Source of the DNA: Blastocatellia bacterium
Lineage (GTDB): Bacteria > Acidobacteriota > Blastocatellia > UBA7656
Direction: 5' to 3'
DNA: 64,000 nt
Assembly: GCA_963765495.1 (NCBI GenBank)
Contig: CAVXWP010000008.1
Span: 320,001 to 384,000, forward strand
This document shows positions 18,850 through 29,132 of the stretch, piece by piece. Position numbers and translations under genes: made by a program. Below the pieces are notes generated by a model that worked only from the letters and a program-made list of their open reading frames with translations, was not told the DNA's origin and did no database searches. The stretch's first letter is position 1. Each line of letters starts with the position of its first letter.

Positions 18850-19295
18850 TTCGCCCTTCTCTCAAGACATTTTCCCGCTGCGCGCAAGAAAGCCGCGCGA
18901 ACTTCCTCGTTGGCTATCATGGCGGCCTGTTCTTGCAGCGGCAATACCTGCTCTTCGGGGGCGATAAAGGAGATCTCGGGGGACTCTGAGTGTGTGCGGT
19001 CGATCAATTCGGGGTTGATCACAAAGTCGATAGCGGTGACGACAGGTGCGCCCAGGAGCGAGTTGAGAGTAAACAGGGCATGCCTGCTGACGTTTTTTAA
19101 TTGTGTGCGCCAGGTTGAATCTAAAACGGCTATTATGAGGGTTTTGCGCTCAAGCCTGACCGGAGCCGTGACCATTCGCACCTGCCGGCCTACGACCGCC
19201 GACCACGCCACAAAAACCGCCTGTTCGCGAAGCTCATCGGTATCGCCGACCTGGCGGAGCATCTGTGGTAGAAGTCGTAGCAACGATGTCAGCAT
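18846..19295 (-). CDS. DUF721/DciA-like protein
   Basis: W..VVG..V...TAPVRL...TLII.V.DSTW..QL pattern of DUF721. Confidence 0.7.
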   Translation of the reverse strand: MLTSLLRLLPQMLRQVGDTDELREQAVFVAWSAVVGRQVRMVTAPVRLERKTLIIAVLDSTWRTQLKNVSRHALFTLNSLLGAPVVTAIDFVINPELIDRTHSESPEISFIAPEEQVLPLQEQAAMIANEEVRAAFLRAAGKCLERRAK

Positions 19296-19381
19296 CAGGC
19301 TCGATTTGTGAGGATGGAAATCAAGAAACGATTTAAGGCATCAAAGCATCTCTTTCATTCATCATCCTCACACGACATCCG

Positions 19382-20881
19382 TCAATGTTTGATCTTTTGC
19401 CAATAGCTCTCGAATTCGAAATCAGGGCTGTTGGACTGAGTGTGGCATTGAACGCAACCGGATGGAGTGGTCATCTGGCCGTAGCCTTTGCCGGGATTCT
19501 CAACGTGCTGTTTGCCGGGTCCGTGACAGGCTTCGCACTGAACATTGGCAAACTGTGGAGTGGTGACCAGGCTCTGAAATCCACCCTGATTGAAACCCAC
19601 GACATGGCATTTCACGCACTCGGTATCGAACTGCTGATTCTTCTTCTCAAGCGTGGCCATTGCGTGCGCGTGGTTTGTATTCTGCCATATCTGGTACTGC
19701 TGTGTGTGACAGCTGGCACACGCATCCGCGCCAACATAAAGAGAGTTGGTATTGAGTGGTCCCTCGACTCTTACCGGCGTTGGGGTATGAGCCTGCGCGG
19801 CCTGATTTTGCTGCTCGGTAAATTCATCGTGCGCGGCAGTTACGATTCGGACAGCATCCGGGTCATCGGGTATCACCGAATCCATAGCGTTAAAGCGATT
19901 CACCTGATTTTCTATAGCGCCATCGCTTTTGACATAGTAGAGCATCTCGCCCAGATGTTTTGTTTGACTAAAGGCAGTGGTAACGGTTGCCCGGTTGTAA
20001 TGTTCGGGCTCGTCAAGCGAGTTGATCTGTTTGCCTGCAATCACAGTATCGATCTCTGAGTTATTGATCGCAAGTTTCTGAGCCATATCCCTGGGCATGT
20101 AAGCCAGCGCGATAATGACATCAACCTTCTTCTTTAGTTCGGGGAGCACTCGACTGGCTGCTTCAAACGGGTCGGTAATCCGATAGCTTGCATTTGTGGC
20201 GCTATCTATATTGATCTCCGTAAAACCGACGATGCCAACTTTGACCTTCTGTCCGGGAGCGCCTCGCTTGAGAGTGATTTCGCGGATCACATAAGGTTGA
20301 GGTGCGCGGTGAGAGTCATCGAGCGGCTCAACATTGGCAGAAATGAGTTTCGAAATGAACGGAAACTCTTCGATCCTGTTGTCATATCCGTCCTTCTTCA
20401 GCAACTCCGTAAGATAGGGAAGATCGGAATAGCTGATATTGGCAGCGTCGACATGGAATTCGCCGTAACCCTTGACTACCCATCTATTTTTTGTCATAAC
20501 GTCAGAGGGTAACTGGCCTCCAGCAAAACGCTCGTCGGTGAACAGATTGCCTGCATCAACGGAGATAGTGGGGACTTCTCCATTTGAGACGTACTTAAAT
20601 GCGTTGATAAAGCTGGCACGCCGTGCCAGACCACCCATAGGGTGAGCCGGTCAGCCACAGGTTTCGAGGCTGCCGTGAAGGTCAGCGCCGTAAAAGACGG
20701 CAAAGGCGTAACCATCATCTACGCCCAACCGGTCTTTTATTTTCGGATCATTCGGATCAAAGCTCAGGCTTTCAACTTTATCGCTGATCTCATCGGCTCC
20801 TGACCTGGAGCAGCCATGATTTATCGCAGCCAGCGTGGAAATGAACGCCAGTATGATTAATAGTGAGATTTTTCGCCGCAA
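19382..20881 (-). CDS. Probable selenoprotein: UshA-like (metallophosphoesterase-fold) domain with CGU motif plus C-terminal tetraheme c554-like cytochrome; exported
   Basis: ORFs 20651-20980 and 19382-20638 are in the same frame, separated by TGA plus 4 codons: ...DLHGSLETCG-TGA-PAHPMGGLARR. TTG start at 20881 after GGAGG, followed by a signal peptide. Four CxxCH motifs (CASCH, CVKCH, CEACH, CVQCH). Confidence 0.8.
20613..20650 (-). promoter_or_regulatory. Candidate bacterial SECIS element
   Basis: 3' of the UGA: CACCC-UAU-GGGUG hairpin, then CUGGCAC-GGC-GUGCCAG hairpin whose G-led loop starts 29 nt after the UGA. Confidence 0.55.
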
Positions 20882-20986
20882 TGGAAACCTCCGACAATGG
20901 AAAATCGCCTTCGATTCGAAAGGTTGTATGATAGTATAACAACCTGAAGCAGAATCCGAAGGCTGACAGTTCAAAATCATATCATT

Positions 20987-21577
20987 ATGGCCGAAAAAGA
21001 GACCAAAATAATTTTAGCATCTTCATCGCCCAGGCGCGCGGACTTGCTTAGGAATATTGGAGTTGCCTTTGAAGCCGTGCCCAGCGAAATTCACGAATGG
21101 CCTCATTCTGACGAAGCGCCACCGGATTATATCATACGTCTGGCAAGGGCTAAAGTTATTGCCGTGGCCCGCGAAAGGGATTCGGGGCTTGTTATAGGTG
21201 CCGACACAATCGTTGTCCTGGACGGTAGGTTATTGGGCAAACCAGAGAGCAAGGAAGACGCGGCAAACATGTTGAGGCAGCTTGCGGGGCGGTGGCATGC
21301 AGTGATGACCGGCGTAGCCCTCTACGACGCGGCCTCACGTCGCGAAGTTGCTGATTATGACAAGACTCTTGTGCGTTTCGCCCAACTAAGTGAAAAGGAG
21401 ATCGAATGGTACGTAGAGACGGGCGAACCTATGGACAAGGCGGGGGGGTACGGGATACAGGGAGCGGGTGGGATTTTTATAGAAGAGATAGCCGGTAATT
21501 ATTATAATGTCGTAGGTTTACCTATACCGCTCGTCTACCGCCTTGCCAAACGCCTTGGCTATTCTTTTATCCCCTAG
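20987..21577 (+). CDS. maf: Maf nucleoside triphosphate pyrophosphatase
   Basis: IILASSSPRR, IGADTIV, DKAGGYGIQG, NVVGLP motifs. Confidence 0.93.
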   Translation: MAEKETKIILASSSPRRADLLRNIGVAFEAVPSEIHEWPHSDEAPPDYIIRLARAKVIAVARERDSGLVIGADTIVVLDGRLLGKPESKEDAANMLRQLAGRWHAVMTGVALYDAASRREVADYDKTLVRFAQLSEKEIEWYVETGEPMDKAGGYGIQGAGGIFIEEIAGNYYNVVGLPIPLVYRLAKRLGYSFIP

Positions 21578-21643
21578 CTCTTTGCCTCAATAAATTTACC
21601 TGGTCTCATCTCAATACAATAATAGTGAGGATGTCTCTTACTT

Positions 21644-21654
21644 GAGTCTGATAA
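21644..21654 (+). repeat. Copy of dif arm (GAGTCTGATAA)
   Basis: 10/11 match to the dif arm at 33415-33425; intergenic. Confidence 0.6.
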
Positions 21655-21776
21655 CATCCTGCAAGTCGATATATGAAGTTGTAAACGGAGGAATAAAAGA
21701 GACAGGTGGATAATGATATCGAGGGTTGGAGGCGGGCCCGACGGTTTTGGAAAAGTGACAGGGAGGTTTGGTTTAG

Positions 21777-22499
21777 ATGAGCAGGGTCGAAGGAAAGACA
21801 GCGATAGTGACAGGGGGGACTCGCGGAATCGGTTTCCAGATAGCACTCGAATTGTTGAAGCGAAAAGCGAATGTCTTAATCTGTGCTCGGAGCGCAGAGG
21901 AGGTTGAGCGGACCGTTTCAAGTTATGTCTCTGAATATGGGAACACGCTAAGGGGGATAGCCTGTGATGTCCGGGACCATCGTCAGGTTCAGGCATTGGT
22001 TGCAGAGTCTGAACATGCTTTTGGGGGTTTAGATATACTTGTAAACAATGCAGGTGTGGGATCGCACAACCAGGTAGAAGAGATGTCGCCCGATGAGTGG
22101 CGAGCGACAATCGAAACAAACCTCGGTGGAGTTTTTTACTCTTGCAAAGAGGCGATACCGCGGATGAAGAAGAGAGGCGGGGGCTACATAATCAATATTG
22201 GCAGTCTTGCCGGAAAGAATGCCTTTGCCGGGGGCTCGGCTTATTGCGCTTCCAAGTTTGGGCTTATTGGGTTCTCAGAGGCTCTGATGCAAGAGGTAAG
22301 GTATGACCACATCCGGGTCAGTTACGTCATGCCCGGGTCTGTGAATACAACCTTTGGCCGTAGTGGTCTACAGGATTCTTCCACTACATGGAAACTCCTG
22401 CCCGAAGATGTCGCCCTGGTAGTCATGAACCTGCTTGAGATGGACCCTCGCGCCATGCCGAGCCGGGTGGAACTGCGTCCATCAGAGCCTAAGAAATAG
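21777..22499 (+). CDS. SDR family oxidoreductase
   Basis: TGGTRGIG, NNAG, YCASK motifs. Confidence 0.92.
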   Translation: MSRVEGKTAIVTGGTRGIGFQIALELLKRKANVLICARSAEEVERTVSSYVSEYGNTLRGIACDVRDHRQVQALVAESEHAFGGLDILVNNAGVGSHNQVEEMSPDEWRATIETNLGGVFYSCKEAIPRMKKRGGGYIINIGSLAGKNAFAGGSAYCASKFGLIGFSEALMQEVRYDHIRVSYVMPGSVNTTFGRSGLQDSSTTWKLLPEDVALVVMNLLEMDPRAMPSRVELRPSEPKK

Positions 22500-22529
22500 C
22501 CTGTGTCTGGTGCGGCCTTACAGGGTCAA

Positions 22530-22558
22530 TTGACATGGGAAATGGCTGGCTGTAGAAT
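22530..22558 (+). promoter_or_regulatory. Sigma-70 promoter of ccsB-ccsA
   Basis: TTGACA-17 nt-TAGAAT, near consensus. Confidence 0.7.
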
Positions 22559-22585
22559 CGCTGTGTCAAGAATGTTCATCATAAA

Positions 22586-24184
22586 GTGGTGGTTTTATCA
22601 TCCTTCTCAACAGGTGCAATTATGGCAACGTCGGAAACAAATGTAAGAAATGATCCTGAATCAAATACGGCTGCTGAAGTAGTAGTCAAGCCAAGTCCCA
22701 GAAAAGAAGTATCCATAGTCGATAAAATATTAGCTCTGCTCAGTTCAGTGCGTTTTGGGGTGACTATGCTCGTCATCCTTTTGATTTGTTGTATGATCGG
22801 AATGCTTATTCAGCAGGTAAACGTAGAGGGATTTCAGGAGTACTTTCAGCGGCTTACACCCGCCCAAAGGTTGATCTACTCAAAGCTGGGATTCTTTGAT
22901 ATTTATCGGTCATGGTATTTTAGCCTTTTGCTTGCCGTAACAGGGTTGAATATTATCCTCGCATCTATAGATCGTTTTCCCACAGCCTGGCTCTATATCT
23001 CAAAGCCAAAGGTAAAGGCATCGCCAAATTTTATCCGCGCTCAGATGTTTAATAGCGAGATAAAAGAGAACATTCCTCCTCAGAAAGTGGCTGAAAGTGT
23101 CCGCGCCGGATGGCGCAGGCTCGGATTTCGAGGTAAGGCAACCGAGGATGGAAAAAGAATCACAGTATTTGCTCAGAAAAACACCTGGAATCGCCTCGGC
23201 GCATATGCAGTCCATGTTGCGCTGCTCACCATCTTCACGGGCGGCTTTTTGACAAACAGATATGGCGTAGGGGGGATGATGGAGATTCGCCCCGGGATGA
23301 CGACGAATGCCTTTAATACCATTGAAGAATCACTCGATGGGCCGAAAGTGGATAGAGCATTCACTCCGTTTCAAGTCGAGTGCGTAGATTTGCAGCAGAA
23401 ACTGATCAGACCCGAGGGCGGGCTCGATGCCCAAAACACGATTGATTGGATCAGCACCGTCAAGATAAAGGATGGCTCGAAAGAGGTCCCGGCAGTTGTG
23501 AAGTTGAATTATCCATTCGATTATCGCGGATACAGGCTTTTTCAATCACAGTTTACGCCGGTCGGGAATGCGCGGAAGATTGTTTTGAGTTTTGAACCCG
23601 CATCAGGCGGGAGCCCACTGCCCGAGGTTACGATCCCGCGAAACGGGTCGGAAGATGTTCCGGGCATTGGGAAAGTGAGTTATGTAGACTTCTTCCCGGA
23701 TTTCAAGATTACGGAATCGGGACCGACGACACAATCCGGGGAATACAACAGCCCTGCCGCGAGGTTGGAAATTACATCACTTGATGGTAAAAAACAGACG
23801 GCCTTTGCCTTCAGCCCAAAGATTGCGGACGAATATTTATCGGCGGCTGAAAAGGCCGACAAGACCGGGGGCGAGAACCCTCTGCTGGTAAATGGATACA
23901 AAGTTATATTAAAAGACTTTGAGAAGGTGGCGCTCGGCCATACGCTTGCAGTTCAGTATGACCCTGGCCGAATACCTGTCTATACGGGATTCACGCTTCT
24001 CATCCTTGCCTTATGTGGGGTTTTCTTTTTCTCTCATCAGAGAGCGTGGGCTGTTATTGAGCCCGATCCTGATGGGGGATCGACAGTGTACTTCGGGGGT
24101 AATACGAATCGAAACAGGCCTGCCTTCGAAGCTCGCTTCAATTCACTGGTTCAATCTGTTTCAGAAGGAAGGAGCCAAAGATGA
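22586..24184 (+). CDS. resB: Cytochrome c biogenesis protein ResB/CcsB (system II)
   Basis: LSSVRFG..LL...IGMLIQQ, DIYRSWYF, HVALL, LNYPFDYRGYRLFQS, YDPG motifs; start may be ATG 22622. Confidence 0.88.
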   Translation: MVVLSSFSTGAIMATSETNVRNDPESNTAAEVVVKPSPRKEVSIVDKILALLSSVRFGVTMLVILLICCMIGMLIQQVNVEGFQEYFQRLTPAQRLIYSKLGFFDIYRSWYFSLLLAVTGLNIILASIDRFPTAWLYISKPKVKASPNFIRAQMFNSEIKENIPPQKVAESVRAGWRRLGFRGKATEDGKRITVFAQKNTWNRLGAYAVHVALLTIFTGGFLTNRYGVGGMMEIRPGMTTNAFNTIEESLDGPKVDRAFTPFQVECVDLQQKLIRPEGGLDAQNTIDWISTVKIKDGSKEVPAVVKLNYPFDYRGYRLFQSQFTPVGNARKIVLSFEPASGGSPLPEVTIPRNGSEDVPGIGKVSYVDFFPDFKITESGPTTQSGEYNSPAARLEITSLDGKKQTAFAFSPKIADEYLSAAEKADKTGGENPLLVNGYKVILKDFEKVALGHTLAVQYDPGRIPVYTGFTLLILALCGVFFFSHQRAWAVIEPDPDGGSTVYFGGNTNRNRPAFEARFNSLVQSVSEGRSQR

Positions 24185-25737
24185 GTAGAGCAATAGACCG
24201 AAATGATGCAATGATGCCTGAACTGGAACTGACCTTGCCCGAGAAGGTGATTGGCATGTGGCCGGTTGTCATGCCTATATTGCTAGCGGTAGTGCTGATC
24301 CTGGCAAGGATTTACATAGGGCCAAAGGGCTTTTTATATGAGGGCGCGCTCACGATGCTTGCGCTCGTATCCTATATCAGCGCCGGAGTCCTGCTCTTAA
24401 CAAACCTCTTTGTAAAAGAGAATGTGCTTTACAGGCTGGGATTGCTGACCGTATCGATGGGGTATTGTTTTAACCTGTCCGGGTGGATGATGCGATGGAT
24501 AGAGGCCGGGGATGCCGAAGGGTGGAAAGAAGGAATCAACGGTGTCTGGCGCTATTTCCCGCTCGATAATCTTTATCCGCTAACGCTCGGATTTTGCGCG
24601 GGCGCAGCCTTGACGACGCTTGTGATTATTAGAAAACCTCGATATCAGTTTCTCGGGGCGCTCTCGATGCCGATAGTGACCGTGATTCTTACGCTTGCTA
24701 CTTTTTTGGGCAATGACATAAGAACGCTTCCTCCAATTCTAAACAGCTATTGGCGACCAATCCATGTGTCGATTGCGACAATCGCATATGGTGTTTGTCT
24801 GGTGAGTTTTGGTCTTGCCTTCGCTTATCTTCTAAAAGACGGGGTCAGAACAGAGGCGATTGCCATTGCGGTGGGGTTGTTTGGGCTGCTTGTGTATTCA
24901 ACGGTTGGGAGATTTGGCATCCCCTTTCATGGTGAGTATGGCGTTTCACTCTTTATGGATAAGATGAGTTTGCCTGTACGGGCAACTCTGCCTGGAGTCG
25001 GTCCCTTAATGGCCGTTGCTCTGATTCTGATATTGAGTGCTGTAATACTGTTTGCGATTGATTTCTGGAAGGGTGATGAGAAAGCGAAAAAATGGGGCTG
25101 GAATCTCTTCAGATCGGCAGTGGTCGTTCAGGCTATAGTGCTGGTCGCGCTGTTTTACCAGGTGAGCAATCTGAGCAATCCAAGTTCTCGTGTTCCGCAA
25201 AGCGCGTTGCCGCAATTCGGCGGATGGCTTTCAAAGCAGATGCAGACGAACGTGCCGCCTGATCGTCAGGCGGAATTGGCACAGAGTTGGATAAACCAGA
25301 ATTCAACATCTCTTATCGTCAACAAGGAGTCTAACCCCGTCGAATTTGGAGCACTCATCGGTTTATTTGTTGCGTTGCTGATTGTGTCATTGTTTGCCTG
25401 GAAGCGGAAAGAGGTGGTCAACTCCCTCCCTCCATTACAGAAGATTGACGGGTTGCTCTACAGAACTGTGGGGGTTGCTTTCCCCTTATTATCTCTTCTT
25501 TTGATTACGGGGGCCGTGTGGGCAAATGAGTCCTGGGGACGTTACTGGGGATGGGATTCAAAAGAGGTAGGGGCTCTCGTAGCATGGATGGCCTATGCAG
25601 GCTTCCTTCACACGAGGATTGCTCACGGCTGGCGAGGCAGACGCAGTGCCTACTTTGCCCTTCTCGGTTTTGCACTGGTGATCTTTACCTGGCTTGGGGT
25701 GAGCTACCTATTGCCGGGATTACATTCCTATGCCTAG
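24181..25737 (+). CDS. ccsA: Cytochrome c biogenesis protein CcsA/ResC (system II) with a large internal insertion
   Basis: WWD domain TGAVWANESWGRYWGWDSKE, YWRPIHV, C-terminal GLHSYA. Confidence 0.92.
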   Translation: MSRAIDRNDAMMPELELTLPEKVIGMWPVVMPILLAVVLILARIYIGPKGFLYEGALTMLALVSYISAGVLLLTNLFVKENVLYRLGLLTVSMGYCFNLSGWMMRWIEAGDAEGWKEGINGVWRYFPLDNLYPLTLGFCAGAALTTLVIIRKPRYQFLGALSMPIVTVILTLATFLGNDIRTLPPILNSYWRPIHVSIATIAYGVCLVSFGLAFAYLLKDGVRTEAIAIAVGLFGLLVYSTVGRFGIPFHGEYGVSLFMDKMSLPVRATLPGVGPLMAVALILILSAVILFAIDFWKGDEKAKKWGWNLFRSAVVVQAIVLVALFYQVSNLSNPSSRVPQSALPQFGGWLSKQMQTNVPPDRQAELAQSWINQNSTSLIVNKESNPVEFGALIGLFVALLIVSLFAWKRKEVVNSLPPLQKIDGLLYRTVGVAFPLLSLLLITGAVWANESWGRYWGWDSKEVGALVAWMAYAGFLHTRIAHGWRGRRSAYFALLGFALVIFTWLGVSYLLPGLHSYA

Positions 25738-25749
25738 AGTAAGCTGACG

Positions 25750-25776
25750 ACAAAGGCGGGTTATGCCCGCCTTTGT
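25750..25776 (+). terminator. Terminator after ccsA
   Basis: ACAAAGGCGGG-TTATG-CCCGCCTTTGT, perfect 11-bp stem. Confidence 0.75.
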
Positions 25777-25800
25777 AATTTCCTTGAGAGATTTAGATCA

Positions 25801-25811
25801 GAGTCTGATAA
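25801..25811 (+). repeat. Copy of dif arm (GAGTCTGATAA)
   Basis: Intergenic; followed by CG as in most other copies. Confidence 0.6.
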
Positions 25812-25863
25812 CGTAATTACTGGAAATAGTGTCTTAATTTCTTTGTATGAGGGAGGGGGGGCC

Positions 25864-26550
25864 ATGTCAGGTCAGGGAAGGATGATCAGTTTTAATGTAG
25901 GCGAGCGGACGGCTGAAGGGTATTTGATTGAACCAGGCGAAGGCAGGGGATTGCCGGGTTTAATCGTCATTCAGGAATGGTGGGGTCTTACTGATCATAT
26001 AAAAGATATAGCCGGGCGGTTTGCTGATGAAGGATATGTCGTTTTGGCACCCGATTTATATGATGGAAAGGTGACAAAAGATGCCGAAGAGGCCGGGCTA
26101 TTCATGCAACGGCTCAGCCCGGAGAAGGCCATTGAGACATTGAATGGTGCTGTTACATATCTAAAGAGTCAGGATAGTGTTGATCCGGCGAAGATAGGAG
26201 TTACAGGATTTTGTATGGGTGGGACATATGCCCTGCTTCTTGCCTGTAAGAACTCAGATATAAAGGCTACGGCTCCTTTTTATGGAGATGTGCCCTCGGA
26301 TGAAGTCCTTTCACAACTTTCCGCGCCGGTACTCTTTCAAGGAGCAGAAAATGATGCCTGGATTACACCTGAAAAGATGAGTAAATTAGAGCATGCCCTT
26401 AAAAAGTACGGGAAGGATGGAGATGTGAAAATCTATCCCGGTGTAGGGCACGCATTCTTTAATGACACGCGACCGGATGCTTACGATAAGGGGGCAGCAC
26501 AGGAAGCGTGGAAGAGTGTGTTGAGCTTTTTTGAAGAGAATCTGAAGTAG
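25864..26550 (+). CDS. Dienelactone hydrolase family protein
   Basis: IQEWWGL, GFCMGG nucleophile, GHAFFND; ATG 25864 likely (ORF from 25843). Confidence 0.92.
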   Translation: MSGQGRMISFNVGERTAEGYLIEPGEGRGLPGLIVIQEWWGLTDHIKDIAGRFADEGYVVLAPDLYDGKVTKDAEEAGLFMQRLSPEKAIETLNGAVTYLKSQDSVDPAKIGVTGFCMGGTYALLLACKNSDIKATAPFYGDVPSDEVLSQLSAPVLFQGAENDAWITPEKMSKLEHALKKYGKDGDVKIYPGVGHAFFNDTRPDAYDKGAAQEAWKSVLSFFEENLK

Positions 26551-26612
26551 GTCAAAATAACCGCTGATGCAGTTTGCCTTACATTTTTAACCAGTGTCAA
26601 TTCGGTAGCCTT

Positions 26613-27389
26613 TCAAAGTATCTGTACATCTGCTGAATTTAGAGCTGACCTCAGAACGATGTAAATATCTTTACCAACGCTGGAAAAGTCTGTAGGTGTG
26701 GTCCAGGCTGAGATGTCGAGAGTAGCAGCATCCCCCTCTATTGCAGCTACTCTTATTTCATGTGGTGGGGCTTTGAGAACCCTATCATCCTCAGAGAGGA
26801 CCTTGTCTATTGATTGAAGCGCGTCTTCAACCTTCTCTTGATTCACTTTAAGCTTGAGGTCGAGCCTGCGGCTTTGGCTGAGTGAGTAATTGATTATTTT
26901 TGCTCCCCACACTTTTGAATTTGGCATTATAACTCTAACGCCGTCACTTGTGATCATTTGCATATTGACGATTGTCAATTCATAGACAGTGCCTCGGCTT
27001 CCCTCTACTTCTATGGTCTGTCCGGCTCTGAAGGGCCGGTAAATGAGAAGGAGCAAGCCTGACGCAAAGTTCGATAGGGTATCCTTAAAGGCAAAGCCGA
27101 CAATGATTCCTGTAACGCCGAATCCTGCGATAAATGTTCTTACATCCCACCCTATCTTGCTTAATGCAGTAACAGTAGAGACTAATATAATTGATAGGGA
27201 AATAGCGCGAAGGAAGAAGTTTTTTAAGAGATTGTCATTTCCTATTCGGCCTCGGTCAAGGATAGGACGAAGCCATCGCTTTACCAGCCTTGCGGCAATT
27301 ATTCCGATTGCCATTATCAAAATCGCGTAGAATATATTGGGGGCGATTGAGATGAGACTGCTTCGCCAGTTCTCAAATGCTTGTTGCAT
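26613..27389 (-). CDS. mscS: Small-conductance mechanosensitive channel (MscS family)
   Basis: GFAFKDTLSNFASG..RPFRAG, IMPNS motifs; start MQQAF after GGAGG (ORF to 27437). Confidence 0.88.
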   Translation of the reverse strand: MQQAFENWRSSLISIAPNIFYAILIMAIGIIAARLVKRWLRPILDRGRIGNDNLLKNFFLRAISLSIILVSTVTALSKIGWDVRTFIAGFGVTGIIVGFAFKDTLSNFASGLLLLIYRPFRAGQTIEVEGSRGTVYELTIVNMQMITSDGVRVIMPNSKVWGAKIINYSLSQSRRLDLKLKVNQEKVEDALQSIDKVLSEDDRVLKAPPHEIRVAAIEGDAATLDISAWTTPTDFSSVGKDIYIVLRSALNSADVQIL

Positions 27390-27568
27390 GCTCTTTCCTC
27401 CAGCAAATAGGTCACATGTGGCCGATAAAAATTTCAACCTATCCAGGCGAAACGAAATACAATCAAGATATTATAATACTGTTGCGTCATTACAAAGGTA
27501 TTGAGCCACAAGGATTTAGTTGATACCATGAGATTACTTTAAACCAAAACAAGCGGGGGAAACAAAGA

Positions 27569-28855
27569 ATGGGAAGATTAGGTGTTTGTTGTCTGATAGT
27601 TCTCACAAGCACAAGCTTTATCAGTTCAAATGCTGGAAGAGTTGCAAAGTTTGATAGCTTATCGGCGGACCGGCTGCTCGAACACATAGGGGAAGCAAGG
27701 AAAAGGCTTGAAAGTGAGCAGGTTGAAATCTTATCCGATGTTGTTGGAAGCAGAAGAGTGCGGATAGGAAGGCGAAAATATAGAACAGAGCCTGTAATTG
27801 GGGTAGTAGGTCGTGAAATGGCTCTTGCCATTTTGGATGTCGATGGGAATATCCAGATTGCAAGAGGTATCAAGCGGGACAAAGGGCTTGATGTATTGAC
27901 TCCCGGGTTTATTTTGTCTGTCAGGCGCGATAATGGAATCAATTCCGACATTTCATGTGTAATGCCGTCTGGTGGTAAAGTTCTTGCGGTCAAATATCCG
28001 ATCGACAACAAGGGGAATCGCTTTGGAGCACGTGGGGAAGTTATACAGGCAATATATACTCCCTACTCGGCAGAGATAAAATCTGAGGATCTGATTGAGC
28101 GCGGGATCAAAGTACAAAATGACTTTATTGAGAAGGCATATATAGCTCTGGAAAAGCGCGGAGTGATGTCGCTTGCATACACCGGGAAGAAGGTAATTGA
28201 TGTGGTGCGGCGTGACGTTCTGACCGTCTTATTGATGAATGAGCACATCGATCCTTCACTCTTTAAGTCATCCGGTTTAACGAGACCTCTTGTTGAGCAA
28301 GTTCTGACGACAATCGCTACTAATAGGGAAAGAGCATATGCTTACTCCATTAGTTCTGCTGGCGCTCGGGGATTGATTCAAATGATACCCTCTACCTATT
28401 ACCTGATTGCACGGAAATATCCACTGGCAAGACTCAATCCCAACTTTATTGATGGAATGATAGATCCGGTGAATGCAGTAATGGCTCAGGTACTGCTTTG
28501 TGATTCGGACTGGCAGGCGATAAGATCGAGAGAGGATGTAGGACCGGAGAGGATCGGTCCTTATCTGGCTGCTGCCTATAATGGTGGAGTGGGGCGTGTT
28601 CTGTCGGTTTTTGCACACGATGAGACCGATTGGATGGAGAGTCCCGAGCCTGGTCGCAAGCCTACAATGACTGTGACGAAGAGAGTTCCGGTCAGAGTAA
28701 GGACACGACGGGGGAGAAAGACGAAATACGTTTTGAAGAGCTATACGCAACCAATCTTTCGTTCGGAGACCAGCAAGTATGTGAGACAGTACCACTGGAT
28801 AAACGACTATTTTGTGGGACGGAATACAGAAGGATTTAAAGAGCTGGAAGAGTAA
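27569..28855 (+). CDS. Secreted lytic transglycosylase/lysozyme-like protein
   Basis: SSAGARGLIQMIPST, LAAAYNGG and ETSKYV are SLT-type motifs. Confidence 0.7.
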   Translation: MGRLGVCCLIVLTSTSFISSNAGRVAKFDSLSADRLLEHIGEARKRLESEQVEILSDVVGSRRVRIGRRKYRTEPVIGVVGREMALAILDVDGNIQIARGIKRDKGLDVLTPGFILSVRRDNGINSDISCVMPSGGKVLAVKYPIDNKGNRFGARGEVIQAIYTPYSAEIKSEDLIERGIKVQNDFIEKAYIALEKRGVMSLAYTGKKVIDVVRRDVLTVLLMNEHIDPSLFKSSGLTRPLVEQVLTTIATNRERAYAYSISSAGARGLIQMIPSTYYLIARKYPLARLNPNFIDGMIDPVNAVMAQVLLCDSDWQAIRSREDVGPERIGPYLAAAYNGGVGRVLSVFAHDETDWMESPEPGRKPTMTVTKRVPVRVRTRRGRKTKYVLKSYTQPIFRSETSKYVRQYHWINDYFVGRNTEGFKELEE

Positions 28856-28941
28856 ATCTGGTTGCTAAATCGAGTTGCCTGAGCCTAAAACGCCTATCAT
28901 TGTTAGTTATTTTGAGATTCGTTTCTGAGGCTTCTCGGGAT

Positions 28942-29023
28942 AAAAATAAAGAAGGGTCAAAGTGATCAGCACAGCCCCCGTTGCCCTGATCATTTTGACC
29001 CTTCCGTTCTTTTTGAAGCTCGC
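28942..29023 (-). ncRNA. Putative sigma-54-dependent small RNA (~80 nt)
   Basis: Begins about 12 nt downstream of a -24/-12 box; 19-bp stem (arms 28951-28969 and 28986-29004, one non-canonical pair) with loop GGCAACGGGGGCUGUG, then UUUAUUUUU. Confidence 0.6.
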
Positions 29024-29033
29024 CATAATGGAC

Positions 29034-29049
29034 TGCAATCTGGATGCCA
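29034..29049 (-). promoter_or_regulatory. Sigma-54 (-24/-12) promoter
   Basis: TGGCATCCAGATTGCA; GG-N10-GC spacing is exact. Confidence 0.7.
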
Positions 29050-29087
29050 TGTTATTGTGAAAGAAACGTGTGTTGTAAGTCGTGTTA

Positions 29088-29100
29088 AATCAATAGGTTA
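29088..29100 (+). promoter_or_regulatory. IHF binding site
   Basis: AATCAATAGGTTA matches WATCAANNNNTTR; lies between the sigma-54 box and the candidate activator sites. Confidence 0.65.
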
Positions 29101-29132
29101 TTGAGGGCTTTGGAAGGGGTAGGATTTCGAAG

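Noticed and set aside
20651-20980. Separate 109-aa gene or pseudogene fragment
   Set aside because: Better explained as the N-terminus of a UGA-readthrough selenoprotein; a nonsense allele is not fully excluded.
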